A stretch of 64,000 nt of DNA from a virus (taxonomy: Duplodnaviria > Caudoviricetes): positions 158,082-222,081 of IMG/VR virus record IMGVR_UViG_3300028549_000365; one strand, given 5' to 3'. Position numbers and translations under genes: made by a program. The notes under the pieces are model-generated. The model searched no databases. It saw only the letters and a list, made by a program, of their open reading frames with translations, and was not told the DNA's origin. Positions 58,480-64,000 of the stretch are shown piece by piece. Positions within the stretch are counted from its first letter, which is position 1; the number at the start of each line of letters is the position of its first letter.

Positions 58480-61400
58480 ATGGACAAAGCTGTTAAAAGA
58501 CACCGAGGAACTACGGAAGAACACGCTAACTATGTTAGTGGTGTAGAAGGTGAGATAACTGTAGATACTAGTAAGAAAACGTTAGTACTACATATGGTCG
58601 CTGAACAAATACCTATGGGTAGACAAGCTGATTTAGACGTTATATCGGGTATGGTAGATGTGGTTAAAGAACCTACTAATAAATCTACTATAGTGCTAGA
58701 AGATAATAAAATAAAATTTAAGAATACAGCTGATGTTGAAAGTATACATGATATAAGCAATTTTGTAAATACAGCGAGTGCTGATTACGATGTAATAACT
58801 GGAGAGGTAGTTGATAGTTCTATAGAACTAACACTAGCTGAAGGTAATGTTAAACACTCTATAGATTTAACAGAAGTTATAGGTGGTGTAGTTAATGCTG
58901 ATACTATAGCTGATATGGGGTTTAGTAAAAGTGATGTTAGTAATGTTGAACCATTCAATATACCTGTTAAGTACAAATATACTGTTCCTTATTTTGAAAA
59001 TAAACAAGTTGGTGTAGATGTATACGGAAATAGTGTTAAGTTAGACGACGTAAATATAACTTTAACAGAAATGTTAGAAGTATTACCAGTAGCAATTACA
59101 GCTATGAACACTCAGAAACAGTTATTATTAGATATACAACCTATGTTAGTGGAAGCTAGTACTACTGTAGATGATATAGCTAGATACGCTTTCGGTATGA
59201 ATATACATACTAAACTAGTAGAATTAGATATTATTGCTAGCGGAGCGATTTATAATGAAGTTAGTTTATTACAATTCTCGAGTGACAGTACTAATGTAGC
59301 CGGTATGCATATTTTTCAAATCGGTACTTATTATATAGTTACATCACAAGATATACAATCTAACACATATGGTATAGGAAGAGTTACAGCTGCTACATCT
59401 ATACGTAAGCTATCCGACTATAGTGAAAATGACGGAACAGGGTTAACATTAGCTAGAGCTAACATCTTATTACCAACTATAGATTTAGCTATATCAGATA
59501 TAGATGGTTACATAGCTAGCTTTGAAGAAGTACAGTTTAAACTAACTACATTGATAGGTTATATTAAAAAGTATTCTTTATATAAAAATAACTTCCCTTG
59601 TAAAGTATCTGGTATTTACACTACTAAAGAGATGGCGTTAACATATCTACCAGTAGCTATATATGCTATGAATAAACAAGACGAGATATTACATGTTGTT
59701 AAAGAGCTAGTTACTGAAGCTAGTATAATTGTGGATGATACAGCTAGAGCTAATATAGCTATGGAAATATATACGTTATTAGCTAAGCTTGATGGTGTAG
59801 CGACGCAAACAAATTATAATGGAATACAACTTTTACAAAATGGAGAAAGTGGGAGTGGTTCAACAGGTGTTGCTGATACTTTAACTTTCCAATTAGGAGA
59901 GAGTTCAACAGATGTTATTAACACATCGAACGCTATTCAATCTAATACGAATGGACTAGGTTCTACAAATCCAGTAAATGGTGTTTATACTTTAGTAACA
60001 TTGAAAACACATACAATAGATTCTGGAGAGGATTTAACAAAAACTAGAGCAATGAATTATTTGGAAGTACTTGATAATGCTTTAACAGAATTAAATACAA
60101 TACGTTCTAACTTCGAACTAACTCAAAACAAGCTATTACTTGTTATAGAAAATAAGTTAAAATATCATGTACCAGGTAAGTTACATTGTAATATTAGTAA
60201 TTACAATATGGATGTTAATTGTGATATAGCAGATTGTGTTATTACACCTATGGTTGCTATAGAAGCTATGGAACGACAAAAACAGTTATTACTAGACATA
60301 GAACCTATGTTGACGGAAGCTAGTAATACTGTAGATGATGTAGCTAGAACAGCTATAGCTGTTAAAATTTATGCTAAGTTAGTAGAATTTGATAGTATAA
60401 GTGACGTAACTAGTTATAATGGTGTTATGTTATTGGAATCTCTTAACGGTAGTGGTGTAGGATATACTTATTTTAACATAGGTAATTATAATAATATTTT
60501 AACTTTTAAAGGAATTTTTAGATCGAATACAGATGGATACGCAGTTGCTAATGGTTTTAATACATTAGCAAAATTAAAAATAAGAACAGCGCAAATGGAT
60601 GAAAATGGTGTAACTGGACTTACTCAGGATAGAGCTATAGGATTTTTACAAACTATACCTATCTCTATAAGTGAATTAGATATTATTAAAGGCACTTATT
60701 TAACATTAAAAGATAAGTTAGAAATCATAGCTTTAAATGCTGTTAAATACTACAATGGTAGAAACATTAACTGTCATATTAACGATGATGTTTGTACTCA
60801 GTATGATGTTGCATCAGTATTACCAACAGCTATATATGCTATGAATAAACAGAAACAACTATTACTAGATATACAACCTATGGTTATCGAAGCTAGTACT
60901 ACTGTAGATGATACAGCTAGATATGCTATAGGTATGAACATACATAGTAAACTAGTAGAGTTAGATAGTATAGCTAGGGACACTACTTATAATGGAGTTA
61001 GTTTATTACAAGATAGTCAGACAGATTTCGATGCTAGTGGTATGATAGAGGTTAAGATAGCACACGAAGTAGTTATTAATACAAATATTAATATGGAATG
61101 TAATACTTATAACTTAGGAAAAGGTTTAGGTGTTTTTATTAATTTACAAACTTTAATTACATTAACTGAAAATGATGGTAGCGGAACAACAATAGATGAT
61201 ATGATAAACCATATACCAGTTATAGACAAAGCTATGTTAGATATAAATAACTATATAAGTAGTTTTGAACTAACTCAAGATCAAATTGAAGTAACATTAA
61301 CCAATATGTTATCATTTGATTTTAACGCGTATAAAATACCATTTGAATGTAAAGTTAATAATGTTGTTGTTAACAGTGAAACTGTGTTAGATGTATTACC

Positions 61401-64000
61401 AACTGCTATATACGCTATGAATAGTCAAAAACAACTATTACTAGATATACGACCTATGTTAGTAGAAGCTAGTAATACTGTAGACGATACAGCTAGAGCT
61501 AGTATAGCTATGAACATACATACTAAACTAGTAGAGTTGGATAGTATAGCTAGTAACACTATTTATAACGGAGTCAGTTTATTACAAAAAGCAAGTGATA
61601 ATAAAGGTGATGCTGACGTACATACTTTTCAGATTGGTAACTATAATATATATACTAGACCTGACATACAAAGTAACACCGTAGGTATTGGTAATATAAA
61701 TATAGCATTTTGTATTGAGCAGTTAACAGAATACACTATAGGCGACGGAACATCTTTATCACAGTCGATTTCAGCTGATTATGACGGTGTGTTGATTAAA
61801 GCTATATCCGATATAGATGGTCACCTAGCTAGTTTTGATTATACACAAAGTAGACTTATCGAAACTATTGAAATACATCATTCATTAGAAGGTATAACAG
61901 TTAGTACTAAAGTTAATGACGCTGTTACAGATGTTAAAACAACTGCAAGTATTATTCCAACTGCCATATACGCTATGAATAGTCAAAAACAGTTATTACT
62001 AGATATACAACCTATGGTTATGGAGGCTAGTGTAACTGTAGATGATACAGCTAGAGCTAGTATAGCTATGAATATCAATAAGAAGTTAGTGGAGTTAGAT
62101 AACATAGCTAGTCAAACTAATTATAATGGTAAGACGTTATTGCAAGCAACAGCCTCTTCTAGTTCAGCGGCTTCGGCTTTAACATTTCAAGTAGGAGAGA
62201 ACAGTAGCGATACTATAGCAACTAAAGGAACAATACATTCGAACACAACAGGATTGGCATTAAGTTCCACTTTGAATTTATCTGATTTGAAAGCAGCAAC
62301 GATTGGTGATGGAACTTCGTTAATTATTTCTGACGCAATAACATTTCTGACTACAATAGATTTAGCTTTAACAGATTTAAATACTATGCGTTCTGATTTT
62401 GAACTAACTCAAAATAAGTTACTTACTATTATAAATCAACATCAATACTTAGAAGGTGCTACTGTAGCAACTACTGTCGATGGTGTTGTTACGGATGTTA
62501 AAACTACATCTTGTGTATTACCCGTAGCTATACTAGCTATGTTGTCTCAGAAACAACTGTTAATAGACATTAAACCTATATTAAAAGAATTGACTAACGA
62601 ATATATGGATGCAGCTATTAGTGCTAGCTTAACAGCAATAATACACGGTAAGTTAATGGCTTTAAACTATATAGCTAATTCAACTTATTATGGTTATGAT
62701 ATAATGTATCTTTTACAAAGTGGTTTAGATAACCCAGATGCTAGATCAGCTATAAGTGTAGTTATTGATAATATAACATATACTACAGTTGGTAGTATTC
62801 AATCTAATACGACTAGATTAGCATCTTCTTCCCCTACACTTGATTTAAGTACATTGAAAACGGACACATCTGGAAGTACTGTTTTAACAACAACTAATTC
62901 AGGAACATATTTAGAAGTTATTGATTTAGCTATTTATGATTTAAATACATTTATTAATAGTTTTGAAACAACACAAGTTTCTATAATGACTGCTTTAAAA
63001 CCGTATGTTATAGATTATACAAATAAGAAAGCTACATATGGTTATAACTTAGTTAACGATGTAGTTGTTAGTAATAGTGAAGTAGTATCTTATTTACCAA
63101 CTGCTATTTTAGCTCTTGATAAACAAGAAGATATATTACATGTTGTTAATGAGCTAGTTACTGAAGCTAGTATAACTGTAGATGATACAGCTAGAGCTAG
63201 TATAGCTATGAATATCAATAAGAAGTTAGTGGAGTTAGATAGCATAGCTAGTCAAACTAATTATAATGGTATTCAACTTTTACAAAAAGGAGAAAGTGGT
63301 ACTGGTGCAGGAGGTGTTGCGGACACTTTAACTTTTCAATTAGGAGAAAGTTCAAAAGATGTTATTACTACATCAAATACTATACAATCTAATACAAATG
63401 GATTGGCTTCAAGCGCACCATTGTCAAATTTATCTACACTAAAATCAGATACATATGGTGATGGCACAGGCTTAACTGTATCTTACGCTACTAGCTATTT
63501 AAGTGTAGTAGATATTTCTTTAAATGATTTGAATACACTACGTTCTAATTTTACTAGTGTTCAAAATCAAATTGAAGATATATTAGGTATAAGATATGAG
63601 ATAGTATTTGGTACTAAAGGTAAGAAAGGTGTATCTTATCCAACTGTTGTTTATGAAAATGTTATCACTACCACACCAACTGTTAATAGTTTGTATAAGA
63701 ACGGTAATAATTTATATTACAATACAGAACTAGGTAACATACAACTAGGTAATAAAGTTAATAATGTTAAAAATAACATAGCAGCTGGTGATTATCACAC
63801 AGTATTTCTACTATCAGACGGTACTGTTAAGTCAGTTGGTTATAATGACTTTTGTCAACTAGGAGATGGTACTACTGTATCTAAATCTACACCTGTAACT
63901 GTAAGTGGTATGTCTAACTGTGTTGGTATAGAGGCTGGTGAAGATCACACAGTGTTCCTACTAGCAGATGGTACTGTTCAAGCAGTTGGTTATAATAACT
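58480..64000 (+). CDS. Giant tail-fibre-like protein, partial (>=1840 aa): Mtd_N-like N-terminus, eight tandem flagellin D1-like domains, RCC1 repeats
   Basis: ATG 58480 after AAGGAG; hand translation has no stop to the window end. N-terminus KRHRGTTEEHANYVSGVEGEITVDTSKKTLVLH; repeats such as ELDNIASQTNYNGKTLLQ...LTFQVGE...IDLALTDLNTMRSDF..TQN; C-terminal AAGDYHTVFLLSDGTV..VGYN..QLGDG. Confidence 0.85.
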   Translation, partial: MDKAVKRHRGTTEEHANYVSGVEGEITVDTSKKTLVLHMVAEQIPMGRQADLDVISGMVDVVKEPTNKSTIVLEDNKIKFKNTADVESIHDISNFVNTASADYDVITGEVVDSSIELTLAEGNVKHSIDLTEVIGGVVNADTIADMGFSKSDVSNVEPFNIPVKYKYTVPYFENKQVGVDVYGNSVKLDDVNITLTEMLEVLPVAITAMNTQKQLLLDIQPMLVEASTTVDDIARYAFGMNIHTKLVELDIIASGAIYNEVSLLQFSSDSTNVAGMHIFQIGTYYIVTSQDIQSNTYGIGRVTAATSIRKLSDYSENDGTGLTLARANILLPTIDLAISDIDGYIASFEEVQFKLTTLIGYIKKYSLYKNNFPCKVSGIYTTKEMALTYLPVAIYAMNKQDEILHVVKELVTEASIIVDDTARANIAMEIYTLLAKLDGVATQTNYNGIQLLQNGESGSGSTGVADTLTFQLGESSTDVINTSNAIQSNTNGLGSTNPVNGVYTLVTLKTHTIDSGEDLTKTRAMNYLEVLDNALTELNTIRSNFELTQNKLLLVIENKLKYHVPGKLHCNISNYNMDVNCDIADCVITPMVAIEAMERQKQLLLDIEPMLTEASNTVDDVARTAIAVKIYAKLVEFDSISDVTSYNGVMLLESLNGSGVGYTYFNIGNYNNILTFKGIFRSNTDGYAVANGFNTLAKLKIRTAQMDENGVTGLTQDRAIGFLQTIPISISELDIIKGTYLTLKDKLEIIALNAVKYYNGRNINCHINDDVCTQYDVASVLPTAIYAMNKQKQLLLDIQPMVIEASTTVDDTARYAIGMNIHSKLVELDSIARDTTYNGVSLLQDSQTDFDASGMIEVKIAHEVVINTNINMECNTYNLGKGLGVFINLQTLITLTENDGSGTTIDDMINHIPVIDKAMLDINNYISSFELTQDQIEVTLTNMLSFDFNAYKIPFECKVNNVVVNSETVLDVLPTAIYAMNSQKQLLLDIRPMLVEASNTVDDTARASIAMNIHTKLVELDSIASNTIYNGVSLLQKASDNKGDADVHTFQIGNYNIYTRPDIQSNTVGIGNINIAFCIEQLTEYTIGDGTSLSQSISADYDGVLIKAISDIDGHLASFDYTQSRLIETIEIHHSLEGITVSTKVNDAVTDVKTTASIIPTAIYAMNSQKQLLLDIQPMVMEASVTVDDTARASIAMNINKKLVELDNIASQTNYNGKTLLQATASSSSAASALTFQVGENSSDTIATKGTIHSNTTGLALSSTLNLSDLKAATIGDGTSLIISDAITFLTTIDLALTDLNTMRSDFELTQNKLLTIINQHQYLEGATVATTVDGVVTDVKTTSCVLPVAILAMLSQKQLLIDIKPILKELTNEYMDAAISASLTAIIHGKLMALNYIANSTYYGYDIMYLLQSGLDNPDARSAISVVIDNITYTTVGSIQSNTTRLASSSPTLDLSTLKTDTSGSTVLTTTNSGTYLEVIDLAIYDLNTFINSFETTQVSIMTALKPYVIDYTNKKATYGYNLVNDVVVSNSEVVSYLPTAILALDKQEDILHVVNELVTEASITVDDTARASIAMNINKKLVELDSIASQTNYNGIQLLQKGESGTGAGGVADTLTFQLGESSKDVITTSNTIQSNTNGLASSAPLSNLSTLKSDTYGDGTGLTVSYATSYLSVVDISLNDLNTLRSNFTSVQNQIEDILGIRYEIVFGTKGKKGVSYPTVVYENVITTTPTVNSLYKNGNNLYYNTELGNIQLGNKVNNVKNNIAAGDYHTVFLLSDGTVKSVGYNDFCQLGDGTTVSKSTPVTVSGMSNCVGIEAGEDHTVFLLADGTVQAVGYNN
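59083..63590 (+). repeat. Eight tandem flagellin-like coding repeats (186-200 aa period)
   Basis: Repeat starts (LP.AI.AM motif) at 59083, 59647, 60247, 60820, 61396, 61954, 62518 and 63094. Confidence 0.9.
63778..64000 (+). repeat. RCC1/BLIP-II-type repeats (first two, truncated by the window end)
   Basis: IAAGDYHTVFLLSDGTVKSVGYNDFCQLGDGT...TPVTV and IEAGEDHTVFLLADGTVQAVGYN. Confidence 0.85.

Noticed and set aside
687-60983. Numerous short antisense or nested ORFs in the track (e.g. 1785-2405, 28836-29297, 54378-54728, 55563-55973, 58530-58760)
   Set aside because: They lie opposite or inside longer motif-bearing genes, lack RBSs and show the Ile/Leu/Ser bias typical of shadow ORFs in AT-rich DNA.
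59083-63590. A genuine bacterial flagellin gene or host contig contamination
   Set aside because: The repeats lack both D0 termini, sit in one frame between a phage fibre N-terminus and RCC1 repeats, and share codon style with the flanking phage genes.
58480-64000. Diversity-generating retroelement suggested by the Mtd_N-like domain and repeated DNA
   Set aside because: No reverse transcriptase and no non-coding template repeat in the window; differences between repeat copies are not adenine-specific in one direction. A DGR beyond the window end cannot be excluded.
1-64000. tRNA, rRNA or CRISPR arrays
   Set aside because: No cloverleaf-like or rRNA-like sequence and no regularly spaced short direct repeats with unique spacers were seen; intergenic gaps are short and explained by terminators and promoters.
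1-64000. Chimallin, PhuZ, major capsid, tail sheath or DNA polymerase genes
   Set aside because: No ORF here shows recognisable motifs or the expected size and synteny; these presumably lie elsewhere in the genome.

Overview
AT-rich (roughly 30% GC by eye), densely coding 64 kb segment of a phiKZ-like jumbo phage, probably nucleus-forming (Chimalliviridae-like). It contains a head/virion block (1-11.4 kb), recJ, the terminase large subunit, and the conserved block SbcD-like, ChmC-like, gp68-like, PicA/gp69-like, gp70-like, non-virion RNAP beta C-terminal half, RNAP beta' C-terminal half and SF2 helicase (22.8-40.2 kb). The beta gene is split by an ORF-less group I intron at 32242-32777. An accessory region of small early genes follows (41.9-55 kb), then a structural/fibre module (55.1-64 kb). 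The standout feature is missing from the supplied ORF track because it runs off the window end: an open frame from 58480 to >64000 (>=1840 aa, translated by hand, no stops). It encodes an Mtd_N-like fibre N-terminus, eight tandem ~190-aa flagellin D1-like domains lacking the D0 ends and resembling Campylobacterota flagellins, and then RCC1 repeats. Other notable items are a second, diverged PicA-like paralog with an in-frame TAA, a 1302-aa five-repeat protein, a three-gene paralog family with shuffled repeated domains, and a recurring CATATATTAT promoter-like motif. phiKZ gene numbers come from recalled motifs and synteny, not from database searches.
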